Shown: in pieces, positions 9,839-18,320 of the stretch
Layout: each line of letters begins with the position of its first letter
Position numbering within the stretch: the stretch's first letter is position 1
The notes under the pieces: generated by a model
Databases searched by the model: none
The model's input: only the letters and a program-made list of their open reading frames with translations
What the model was told of the DNA's origin: nothing
Origin: a virus
Lineage: Duplodnaviria; Heunggongvirae; Uroviricota; Caudoviricetes
IMG/VR virus record: IMGVR_UViG_2512047041_000005
Coordinates: 1 to 51,583 of that record
Length of the DNA: 51,583 nucleotides
Direction: 5' to 3' (one strand)
Position numbers and translations under genes: made by a program

Positions 9839-10270
9839 ATGCGTAAATTATGTGCTGTTATTCTGTCCGCAGTAGTCTGGCTGGTTGCCGCTGGTACGCC
9901 AGCGAGCGCAGCAGAGCATCAGTCCACACTAAGCGCCGGGTATCTTCAGACCCATACTGATATGCCAGGCAGTGATGACCTGAAGGGCATTAACGTGAAA
10001 TACCGTTATGAATTTACGGACACGCTGGGGCTGGTGACGTCATTCAGTTATGCCAATGCCAAAGATGAGCAAAAAACGCATTACAGCGATACCCGCTGGC
10101 ATGAAGATTCCGTGCGTAACCGCTGGTTCAGCATGATGGCGGGGCCATCTGTACGCGTGAATGAATGGTTCAGTGCTTATGCGATGGCAGGTGTGGCTTA
10201 CAGCCGTGTTTCGACGTTCTCCGGGGATTATCTCCGCGTAACTGACAACAAGGGGAAAACGCACGATGTG
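9839..10270 (+). pseudogene. lom: lom (Ail/Lom outer-membrane protein), 5' fragment
   Basis: Signal peptide and Lom-like beta-barrel N-terminal part; reading leaves Lom homology at about 10270 where the Mu-like element begins. Confidence 0.8.
10265..10270. repeat. Left copy of target-site duplication (ATGTGC)
   Basis: Same hexamer at 47651-47656; boundary is ambiguous by up to 3 nt because the element starts TGA. Confidence 0.5.
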
Positions 10271-10349
10271 CTGATGCGCCGCGCGATAAATGCACTCTAT
10301 CTTGTGCGATAAATGGCATCCACGCGGCGTTTCATTATTTGAAAAAGAA

Positions 10350-10922
10350 TTACATTTCAGGTTGCGTTATGACAGTCCCAACAGGGTGATAGCGGTAGAT
10401 CGTTGACAGTCCAATATCATAGATAATTGCCAGCCGCTTTCTGTCATACCCTTTCTGGAGCAATCTTGCGATCTGCTCATGCTGCTCCTTCGTCAGTTTC
10501 GGGCGACGTCCTCCAACTCTTCCTTGTGCTCGCGCAGCAGCCAGTCCTGCCAGCGTGCGCTCAACTATCAGTTCACGCTCCATTTCTGCCAGTGCACCCA
10601 TCATATGAAAAAAGAACCTTCCCATCGGAGTGCTGGTATCGATTGAATCCGTCAGACTGCGAAAATTGACACCTTTTGCGCGTAACTCTTCTGTGAGAGC
10701 AATGAGGTGTTTCATTCTTCTACCCAACCGATCCAGCTTCCAGACCACCAATGTATCCCCTCTTTTAAGGCACTTTAAAGCGCGTTTCAGGCCTGGTCGT
10801 TCCGACTTGGTTCCGCTCATTTTGTCCTCAAAAATCTGTTCACATCCTGCGCACATTAATGCATTGCGTTGCAAATCTGTGTTTTGGTCATTTGTTGACA
10901 CACGTATGTAGCCAATCAGCAT
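10350..10922 (-). CDS. Serine DNA invertase (Pin/Gin/Hin family)
   Basis: 190 aa from internal ATG: MLIGYIRVSTNDQNTDLQRNALMCAGCEQIFEDK..., close to e14 Pin / Mu Gin; C-terminal HTH. Confidence 0.9.
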   Translation of the reverse strand: MLIGYIRVSTNDQNTDLQRNALMCAGCEQIFEDKMSGTKSERPGLKRALKCLKRGDTLVVWKLDRLGRRMKHLIALTEELRAKGVNFRSLTDSIDTSTPMGRFFFHMMGALAEMERELIVERTLAGLAAARAQGRVGGRRPKLTKEQHEQIARLLQKGYDRKRLAIIYDIGLSTIYRYHPVGTVITQPEM

Positions 10923-10988
10923 TAAAAATACTCCCTTTTGAGTGGTTAAAGTACTGAGATAATGTGGGGAGGATTTGAGAGATAAACG

Positions 10989-11211
10989 TTGGTTTGGGGG
11001 AAGGCTCTGCATTGCCTGTTGGTGTACCGGTTCCGTGGCCCACCGCCACACCGCCAGAAGGCTGGTTAAAGTGCGACGGGCGCGCCTTTACAAAAGAACA
11101 ATATCCTGTTCTGGCCAGAGCCTACCCGACCCTCCGTCTTCCCGATTTACGCGGTGAGTTTATCCGTGGATGGGACGACGGGCGCAAGATTGACGAGGGG
11201 CGTAAGTTGCT
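10989..11211. repeat. Inverted repeat A (~222 bp) flanking the invertible fibre segment
   Basis: About 90 percent identical to the reverse complement of 12384-12605; encodes the shared fibre peptide GEGSALPVGVPVPWPTATPP...GWDDGRK. Confidence 0.8.
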
Positions 11212-11467
11212 TTCATGGCAGAAAGGTACACTGGTCGGCGGTCATGACGATAACGATTCTGCGCTTGATATCTCGTACATGAGTAACGGAAATAATATTG
11301 ACTATGGCGGCGATAAGGTGTTTGCGGGGAATTACCGTAGCGATTATTTGTGGTACGCAGTGCTGGGTGGAACAAACAGTCGCGCAAAAGCCGAATTAAA
11401 CGGAGCATTCTTTAACATAACCCGCCCCCGCAATATCGCGTTTAACTATATCGTGAGGGCGGCGTGA
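10994..11467 (+). CDS. Alternative tail-fibre C-terminal cassette (silent orientation)
   Basis: No ATG (track start is TTG, a Leu codon in the repeat); begins with the IR-encoded peptide and ends NIAFNYIVRAA like the expressed fibre; would fuse to the fibre after inversion. Confidence 0.6.
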   Translation: MGEGSALPVGVPVPWPTATPPEGWLKCDGRAFTKEQYPVLARAYPTLRLPDLRGEFIRGWDDGRKIDEGRKLLSWQKGTLVGGHDDNDSALDISYMSNGNNIDYGGDKVFAGNYRSDYLWYAVLGGTNSRAKAELNGAFFNITRPRNIAFNYIVRAA

Positions 11468-11473
11468 TACCGT

Positions 11474-12088
11474 TCAACTGGCAAGTGCCAGTGGCGCTTC
11501 CGGCCAGCTGATTTCAGGTGCCGTGCTGATATCCAGTGCGTTCAGCTCGTCGATATAATCCAGCACGGCGTTCAGTTTTGCCGTTTCTTCTGGTGTCAGA
11601 CTGCGACCAGCACGCAGTTTGAGGTTGATAAGATCGACGGACGCCATCGCCTGTTTCACCCGTTGCTGGCGTTGCTGTCTGGCAACCTCCAGTTCTGCGG
11701 CTCGCTGCCGTTCAGTATCGGTTACCCACGCCTCACCGTTCCAGGTATCCCATGGCGTGGCTGGCTGTTTTGTGGTGGTGTCCGCCGGGTAATCACCCGG
11801 TTGGGTAATCAGAACGGGGTTACCGTTCTCCGTGCTGTATACCGTCTCGCCGCGGTGATCAGGCACATGCTCCCACCCGTTCAGCGTGGCAGTCCGGCAA
11901 ACCACGTAACCCGAAATTGCCTCCGGCGGTGCATCGGCGCACGAATGTGCCGGAGTACCCACCCCAAGGGCGAGATACTCCACAGAGGATGAGGTGTATT
12001 CCCGGGTTTCCTCGTCATAGTGATATACAGTGATATCGCCCGCTACAGTGGCGATACCGTTTTCATCCAGAACTGCAGTGTTACTCAT
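11474..12088 (-). CDS. Tail-fibre assembly protein (Tfa/U-like chaperone)
   Basis: 204 aa directly downstream of the fibre gene; typical Tfa N-terminus MSNTAVLDENGIATVAGDITVYHYDEETREY. Confidence 0.8.
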   Translation of the reverse strand: MSNTAVLDENGIATVAGDITVYHYDEETREYTSSSVEYLALGVGTPAHSCADAPPEAISGYVVCRTATLNGWEHVPDHRGETVYSTENGNPVLITQPGDYPADTTTKQPATPWDTWNGEAWVTDTERQRAAELEVARQQRQQRVKQAMASVDLINLKLRAGRSLTPEETAKLNAVLDYIDELNALDISTAPEISWPEAPLALAS

Positions 12089-13425
12089 TAAACTGCCCTC
12101 ACAATGTAATTAAGTGCAATGCTACGGGGTCTGACAGTGATACCCTTCGCATACCCGCTTCTGATAGAGGTCAGAATAGTAGCCTGCATACCATTGTCTG
12201 ACATTGCCACGACAGGATCGCTGAATGTTGTCCCGTCCGGCATTTTAAAGCTGCCCTCACGAAGGTCTGTAATGGAATCTTCATTGTTGAATCCCATGCC
12301 GACTATCCCCGAGGTTCCCGTAGTGTCCTGGTTATAATAATCCAGCATTGCTGTTCTTAACAGCGTTGCCCCTTGTGCGGACAGCAACTTACGTCCTGTA
12401 TCAACTTTGCGCCCGTCGTCCCATCCACGGATAAACTCACCGCGTAAATCGGGAAGACGGAGGGTCGGGTAGGCTCTGGCCAGAACAGGATATTGTTCTT
12501 TTGTAAAGGCGCGCCCGTCGCACTTTAACCAGCCTGCTGGCGGTGTGGCAGTGGGCCACGGAACAGGTACACCAACGGGCAGCGCCGAGCCTTCCCCCAA
12601 ACCAAGGTAATTGAGGACATCTTTTATACTGCCCTTAGCGATAATAGCGCGACCAATAGCTGTAAGGGTTGCCAGCGCTGCTCGGTCTGCTCCGGTAAAA
12701 TAAGGCAACCGATCTGCTGCAGTGGCAAGTCCTGCCAGAGCAGTGAGCGTGGCATCTGCCGGTTGTTTTCCGTTTGCCAGATCGTATGCAGCCTTGACCG
12801 CTTTCGGTGTGGCGGCCAGTATTTCAGACGTGCTGTTGATGGCACTGCTCAATTGTACGGTGCCTTTTGCCGTCAGCGAGGCAGCAGGCACTCCCGTTAT
12901 CTGACTCCACGGGTGAGTGTGGCTGACGGGCGCCTTGCCGGCTGCAAGGTCGTATGCAGCCTTGACCGCCTTCGGCGTGGCAGCCTCAGTTTCTGATTGA
13001 CTGTCCGTGGCGCTGCTCAGTTGTACGGTGCCTTTTGCCGTCAGTGAAGCCGCAGGCACTCCCGTTATCTGACTCCACGGGTGAGTGTGGCTGGCAGGCG
13101 CCTTGCCGGCTGCCAGGTCGTATGCAGCCTTGACCGCTTTTGGTGTGGCGGCCAGCGTTTCAGAGGTGCTGTTGGTGGCACTGCTCAGTTGGGTGAACCC
13201 CTTAGCTGTCAGTGTCGCGTCCGGGTGGTTACGGGAACGTACGTGTTCAGCCAGTGACTGTGCGGCTTCCTCCGTTTTCTTCTTCAGCCATTTCGTCCTG
13301 TTTGCCAGTTGCCGGGGGGCTCGATTTGATATCCCGTCTGCACCACCCAGAACCGGATCTGATGTCTCCAGTTGATAGATATTTTCTTCCCACTTTTCTG
13401 TTTCATTCAGGTTTCCCATAATCAA
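12088..13425 (-). CDS. Tail fibre protein
   Basis: Collagen-like/ATPKAVKAAYDLA repeats (168-bp tandem units near 12900-13240), C-terminal NYIVRAV; probable ATG 6 nt inside the track ORF. Confidence 0.85.
   Translation of the reverse strand: MIMGNLNETEKWEENIYQLETSDPVLGGADGISNRAPRQLANRTKWLKKKTEEAAQSLAEHVRSRNHPDATLTAKGFTQLSSATNSTSETLAATPKAVKAAYDLAAGKAPASHTHPWSQITGVPAASLTAKGTVQLSSATDSQSETEAATPKAVKAAYDLAAGKAPVSHTHPWSQITGVPAASLTAKGTVQLSSAINSTSEILAATPKAVKAAYDLANGKQPADATLTALAGLATAADRLPYFTGADRAALATLTAIGRAIIAKGSIKDVLNYLGLGEGSALPVGVPVPWPTATPPAGWLKCDGRAFTKEQYPVLARAYPTLRLPDLRGEFIRGWDDGRKVDTGRKLLSAQGATLLRTAMLDYYNQDTTGTSGIVGMGFNNEDSITDLREGSFKMPDGTTFSDPVVAMSDNGMQATILTSIRSGYAKGITVRPRSIALNYIVRAV
12384..12605. 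repeat. Inverted repeat B, partner of 10989-11211
   Basis: Lies inside the expressed tail-fibre gene at the constant/variable boundary. Confidence 0.8.
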
Positions 13426-14000
13426 CTGCTCCCGTGGTTATAACTGCCATCATGGATGGCAGTATTGTTATAGCGAATGGCCACAGACTGATACTCCAGG
13501 CTGGCCAGATGGCAGCGGGCCGGTGCAAATGCAGCCAGCGTCTGACGCAGCATCGCGGCCTGATCGTTAGTAATGGGCTGTTTCAGAATAACGCGATAAA
13601 CTGCCCAGGCGGCTGCATCTCCATGAACAAACAGTCCGTTATAGCTGCGATTGCCGTCGTAACTGAGACGACCTGTGCCTTCAATCAGATCCACTTCACC
13701 AAAGCCAAAACGGCGGATAACTTCCCGGATTGACCACGGCGTCCCTTTATACCGGTGCAGTTCGATGGCTGCTTTTATAAGCATGCGGCGAACATCGTCC
13801 GATTCCGCCAGCTCCCAGCCATCGCCAGACAGTGAGAACTGCTCGCCCAGCCATGGCAGCGCGGAACTGTCGACGATATCGACGAGAAAGACCATCAGTA
13901 CGCTCAGGTCGATGTTATCCAGCCGTCCTGCCAGTCTTCCCAGCGTCCTGAGACTGATATCACCCTCAAGCGGTGGCGGGAGTTGTAATGGCTCAGTCAT
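13422..14000 (-). CDS. Baseplate protein (P2 gpI-like)
   Basis: 192 aa between the baseplate J-like and fibre genes. Confidence 0.65.
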   Translation of the reverse strand: MTEPLQLPPPLEGDISLRTLGRLAGRLDNIDLSVLMVFLVDIVDSSALPWLGEQFSLSGDGWELAESDDVRRMLIKAAIELHRYKGTPWSIREVIRRFGFGEVDLIEGTGRLSYDGNRSYNGLFVHGDAAAWAVYRVILKQPITNDQAAMLRQTLAAFAPARCHLASLEYQSVAIRYNNTAIHDGSYNHGSS

Positions 14001-15096
14001 CAGACACTCCAGTCATGTTAAGAGTGATTGCCGTACAGTTTGCCCATTCGTTTTCTGCCACCACCCGCAGTGCCGGTGTCACCAGTTCAACCTGGTACAC
14101 CCCGGAAACGGACAATGCACTGATAATCTGGCTGGGGACAATATCGCGCCCCAGCGTGGCGGCACGTGATGCCACCCAGTTCTGTATGGCGCTGTTAGCG
14201 GCATCTTTTACAGACCTGGCATCCTGATCACGATAGATCGTAATCCTGGCTTCAATGGTGTAATCCACCTTCACTGGTGTTTTAGCCCGCACTGTATCAG
14301 TGAGTGGCCTGACTTTCTCATCAGAGCAGAAACTCTCTACCAGCGTGAGAACACCGCCGTCCGGCAGACCGGTACTGAGCAGCGGATACAGATCTACGGT
14401 CCCGGGAACCGGGGAAAGCACAGCAACATCGACAATGTTGGGATGGGCCTGCATGGCATGAAAGCGGTATGCGCCACGGCTTCCGGCATTGGTGAATGAC
14501 TCCGGGGCCAGCCTGATACGCTCCCGGAGCCTGTCATCGTCTTCCTGTTCTGAACCGCCGGAACTGGCCGTCAGATTGCTCACCAGCAGGTCGACGTTAT
14601 CAATCTCATCGAGTAACTGACTGACCTGCGCAGGTTGCCAGCCGTTACCAGCGGTACCGGGTTCGGTACAGGTGGACGTGACATTGACCAGCAGCAATCC
14701 GGCCTTCAGTACCACATCTGTATCGGTGGCAAAAATAACGCTGTCGGAAGCGCTGACGCGGGTGCCTGCCGGGATCAGCACATCAATGGCCAGCGCCTCA
14801 TCTACGGAGAACTGGAGCGTGGTGGTGGCAGGCTGCGCGGCAAGACGGTATACACCAACCAGTTCACCGAGGTAATCAATCATCGGCTCACGGGCAAAGG
14901 CGACCAGATTCTGCTTTGCTGCCTCCTGTACCGCAACCCTGACCAGCATTTCGCGATAGGCCCACAGATCAATCAGCAGACGTTCTGCCTGTGCCGGGTA
15001 CAGCGTTTTGCCGGTATCCGCTTCATACTTCGCAATCATTTCTGCCGTGATTTTGTCGGCATCGCGTTCAATAAAATCGGGTTCTGTCAGCGCCAT
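13993..15096 (-). CDS. Baseplate J-like protein
   Basis: 367 aa; start overlaps the W-like stop (ATGGCGCTGA), canonical W/J arrangement. Confidence 0.8.
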   Translation of the reverse strand: MALTEPDFIERDADKITAEMIAKYEADTGKTLYPAQAERLLIDLWAYREMLVRVAVQEAAKQNLVAFAREPMIDYLGELVGVYRLAAQPATTTLQFSVDEALAIDVLIPAGTRVSASDSVIFATDTDVVLKAGLLLVNVTSTCTEPGTAGNGWQPAQVSQLLDEIDNVDLLVSNLTASSGGSEQEDDDRLRERIRLAPESFTNAGSRGAYRFHAMQAHPNIVDVAVLSPVPGTVDLYPLLSTGLPDGGVLTLVESFCSDEKVRPLTDTVRAKTPVKVDYTIEARITIYRDQDARSVKDAANSAIQNWVASRAATLGRDIVPSQIISALSVSGVYQVELVTPALRVVAENEWANCTAITLNMTGVSDD

Positions 15097-15434
15097 AGCA
15101 GCTCCTGAGTCCGGGTCTGTCCGTCTGAGCCTTTCCAGCTCACCCGGAGCGTAAGATGTTCGCCGTCGACGGCGGGTTTAACTGACATAAGCTGGCAGCG
15201 GGGCTCCCAGCGCCGGATGGCATCGACGGATTCGCGCACCACATGCGGAATGGCCCGGTCTACAGGCTAGTCGATATAAAGATGCAGATTGCTGCCGAAC
15301 TCCGGGCGATGCGGGTCGCTGCCGCGGGGAGTCCGCAGGATAATTTGAATCGCCTGCCGGATATCATCCAGCCCCCGGACAATTTCGCCGGGAGCCTGCA
15401 GGGCTGGTTGCCAGAATACTGAGGTTGTTTTCAT
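15087..15434 (-). pseudogene. Baseplate W-like (gp25 family) gene with in-frame amber codon
   Basis: 116 codons, ATG at about 15432-15434; reads ...FGSNLHLYID-TAG-PVDRAIPHVVRESVDAIRRWEPR...; TAG at about 15267-15269; no ORF of 60 aa or more in the track across this gap. Confidence 0.7.
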
Positions 15435-15488
15435 GGGGGCAGTATTGCCCCCGTGCGGGAACGCTGATATTAAAGGCGTTTAAAAAGC

Positions 15489-16085
15489 TCAGTGGGAGTG
15501 GTGGCTGGAGTTTTCGCCATCAGACAACATACTGCCCGTGGCATGGGCATTCCCTTTAATCTCGATATTGCCATGGATGGTCGCGGTAACACCTTCACCA
15601 CCAGAACCCGCCATGCCTCCTTCGTAAATCAGCTTACCCCTGACACGCAGATCTCCGGTAAGTTCGGTTTCCGGTGCGTCAATCGTGGCTTTCTGTGTTT
15701 TCAATACCACATCAGCACCACACTCAATGACAATATGCTCAATGCCGCCCCGGATGATCAGAGTGTGCGTCTTCCGGTTGTAGCTGTACTCTGCACCATC
15801 AGCAAACCGGGTTCCCCGGATATTTTTGTCACTGAACGGTGGTTTATCGACGTCTGAATACACCGCGCCCAGAATAACACCATCCTCGCCGTTGGCATCG
15901 AGCAGCACCTCAACCTGCTCCCCCACGTCAGGGAGCCAGTAATCTTTGTTATCCTGGGTATTGCGCTGCAGCACGTTAAGCCAGTTTGTGCGCAGGTTAT
16001 CGCATTCAGGCAGACGAACGCGGGCCTGAACCCTGTCGGCATCAACGGCACTGACCGTACCGACCTGACGAGTGACACCAGTCAT
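15489..16085 (-). CDS. Baseplate spike (P2 gpV-like)
   Basis: 198 aa, glycine-rich with histidine-rich C-terminus (SSHHSH) typical of spike apex. Confidence 0.75.
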   Translation of the reverse strand: MTGVTRQVGTVSAVDADRVQARVRLPECDNLRTNWLNVLQRNTQDNKDYWLPDVGEQVEVLLDANGEDGVILGAVYSDVDKPPFSDKNIRGTRFADGAEYSYNRKTHTLIIRGGIEHIVIECGADVVLKTQKATIDAPETELTGDLRVRGKLIYEGGMAGSGGEGVTATIHGNIEIKGNAHATGSMLSDGENSSHHSH

Positions 16086-17236
16086 TTTTTCTTCTCCTTA
16101 ATCACCGTCGATGTACTGCCATCCGGGTGATAAACCGTGAGTTTCTGAGTTTTTTGTTTTTTCCCTCTTGTGACTGGCCCCCGTGCCACTTCCAGCTCTG
16201 TGGTGTAGCCGCTGTTACGGTCAAACGCATGGCGGGCAGTGGTTATGAGCCATGGCCCGGATAACTGCCCAAAACCCACCAGTTCAATTTTGTTGCCTGC
16301 TGTCAGTTGAGGTGTTCCCGTCAGCGTCAGGGAGCCGTTCTGCTGGTATTCGTTATGTCTGGCCAGTGCTGAATCCGCTTTAATCCGGGCACTGTCCGGG
16401 TCGTTGACGCGGCTGTTAACTTTAAGTGAGTCAGCGCTGGTAACCTTACCACCTTTGAGCTTTTTGTCGCTTTCACGGGTACCACCATCAGCTTCGTAGA
16501 CGATCAGTTTTTTACTGCTGCTTTTCTGGTGTTTTACCTTTGCAGATTTATAGACCCGGTTGATGGTGTCACGCAGGGAAAAGCGGGCCACATCCTGCGG
16601 TTTTAACTGCCTGACCGGCTCCTGACTGCGCAGTGTGGCCAGATGAGAAAAAATCAGCTGGTCACTGACCACTTTCACTGCATAACCATACTCGCTGGCC
16701 AGCCGGCGCAGAAAACCCACGTCGGTTTCAGCATACTGGGTCACCCGGTCGATTCTGATGGACTCAATGCTGCCCACCAGTTTCAGCCGGTGCTTTCTGG
16801 CAATCCGCCCCGCAACAGCTGCCAGCGTGGTGTTCTCAAAACCACGACTGGTTTTAGTCCGCAGGGCACTGTTAACCGAGGTGGCCACCCCACGGATAGA
16901 AACAACGGAAGCGGGCGAACTCACTTCGATCTCGTCTATAGAGAACGTACCGCAGGACAGCAGCTTCTCGCCCTGATAGCCCATTTTCAGCGTCAGCGTG
17001 TCACCCTTGCCCGGATACCATTTATCCAGCCAGCGGCCATCGGTGTCGTCCAGCTCCACCTCAATGGTATCGGACTCATTTTTGATGTTATCGCTCCAGG
17101 TCACACGGGTGACATAAGGCGCGATATCAGAGGTGATGTTTTTCTGCAGATACCACAGAGTGAACACCGGTGTCAGCACATCGCTGACGCCGGTTAACGC
17201 TGATGTGACTTGCGCAGTGCTGTTTATCTCAGCCAT
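16082..17236 (-). CDS. Tail/baseplate hub protein (P2 gpD / Mu P-like)
   Basis: 384 aa in conserved position between the U/N-like and V-like genes. Confidence 0.7.
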   Translation of the reverse strand: MAEINSTAQVTSALTGVSDVLTPVFTLWYLQKNITSDIAPYVTRVTWSDNIKNESDTIEVELDDTDGRWLDKWYPGKGDTLTLKMGYQGEKLLSCGTFSIDEIEVSSPASVVSIRGVATSVNSALRTKTSRGFENTTLAAVAGRIARKHRLKLVGSIESIRIDRVTQYAETDVGFLRRLASEYGYAVKVVSDQLIFSHLATLRSQEPVRQLKPQDVARFSLRDTINRVYKSAKVKHQKSSSKKLIVYEADGGTRESDKKLKGGKVTSADSLKVNSRVNDPDSARIKADSALARHNEYQQNGSLTLTGTPQLTAGNKIELVGFGQLSGPWLITTARHAFDRNSGYTTELEVARGPVTRGKKQKTQKLTVYHPDGSTSTVIKEKKK

Positions 17237-17436
17237 GGGGCAATATCCTCTTCTGTACGGGCTTCTTCAGCCTCAATCACCGGGATCAGTAACAACAGCC
17301 CGGAGGGCAGCACCGGCGTGATGGCCACGTGCGGATTGGCGGCAATAATCCGGGGATAGCCCAGCGGGTCACCGTAGTACTGCCATGCCAGCGAATCCCA
17401 GCGCTCTCCGTCACGGGTAACATGTTCAAGAAACAT
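17224..17436 (-). CDS. Tail protein X-like (70 aa)
   Basis: Small ORF overlapping neighbours; ATG 3 nt inside the track ORF, which begins at GTG. Confidence 0.55.
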   Translation of the reverse strand: MFLEHVTRDGERWDSLAWQYYGDPLGYPRIIAANPHVAITPVLPSGLLLLIPVIEAEEARTEEDIAPWLR

Positions 17437-18320
17437 CACACACTCCTCGTCAGTATTCTGGCGGCCATTGCACTTAATCCCGGAGACATGCGGTTGAATG
17501 CTGTGCCGGCGGCGTTAAGCTGCCCGGAAACGGTATCCAGAGCACCTGCAATATTTCTTTTGTCCACACCACTCAGCGCAGACTGTGCCTGCTGTACATA
17601 CGTGGCTGCTTCGCTGGCTGTTCTGGCCAGACTGATGGCATCGGGCATGGATTCAGAGAGTGCGTTAAACGCCGGAACACTTTTCCCCAGAGCCCCGGAG
17701 ATATTACCCAGTCCGCTCATCAGCCCCGGCACACGGGTCAGTGCGACAACGGGGTTATCCTTCATTTTCTGTGTCACCCGAACGGCGCTGATAGTGGTCT
17801 GGAGTACAGACTGCGCCTGTTTCGCATAGTTGACGCCGTTGCGGATGAACTGCGCCACCCCTGAAGGTGAAGGAATGGCACCGGAGACCGCCCCGACACC
17901 CGGGAGCTTCGTGCGTATTGCCGGTGGTTGCAGAGGATTTTTCGGGTCACCGGTGTATTCCCGGAGAGACACGGTGGCACTGACAGCCAGCACGTTGCCG
18001 GTACTGTCAGTCTGCTCGCTGGTTGCAGTCACATCGGTAATCACGAACCAGCCGCGATAGTCACCGTTGCCGAAGACCAGCGCCAGTGCCTGATGGGCTT
18101 TCATGGCTGTTCGCAGTCTCGCCAGCTCCACATCGGGTACACAATAATGCTGATGGAAAACCAGAGTTATCTGGATTTCGTCCAGCCTGTCGCCGACGAA
18201 CTGCAGGCCAGGCTTACCCCCGATGCGGGCATGCTCCGCATAATCGACGCCGAACGTGGCCTCGAAGCCGTCCCAGTAGGTAATCAGCTCAAACTCAATA
18301 TCACCCAGTACGGCAAACAT
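17436..18320 (-). CDS. Tail protein (P2 gpU-like N-terminus / Mu N-like)
   Basis: 294 aa immediately downstream of the tape measure gene. Confidence 0.6.
   Translation of the reverse strand: MFAVLGDIEFELITYWDGFEATFGVDYAEHARIGGKPGLQFVGDRLDEIQITLVFHQHYCVPDVELARLRTAMKAHQALALVFGNGDYRGWFVITDVTATSEQTDSTGNVLAVSATVSLREYTGDPKNPLQPPAIRTKLPGVGAVSGAIPSPSGVAQFIRNGVNYAKQAQSVLQTTISAVRVTQKMKDNPVVALTRVPGLMSGLGNISGALGKSVPAFNALSESMPDAISLARTASEAATYVQQAQSALSGVDKRNIAGALDTVSGQLNAAGTAFNRMSPGLSAMAARILTRSV

Noticed and set aside
10975-11000. Canonical gix/hix crossover site at the outer edge of inverted repeat A
   Set aside because: Sequence (GATAAACGTTGGTTTGGGGGAAGG) only partly resembles the remembered consensus and the outer half is not shared by repeat B; the crossover site is left unassigned.
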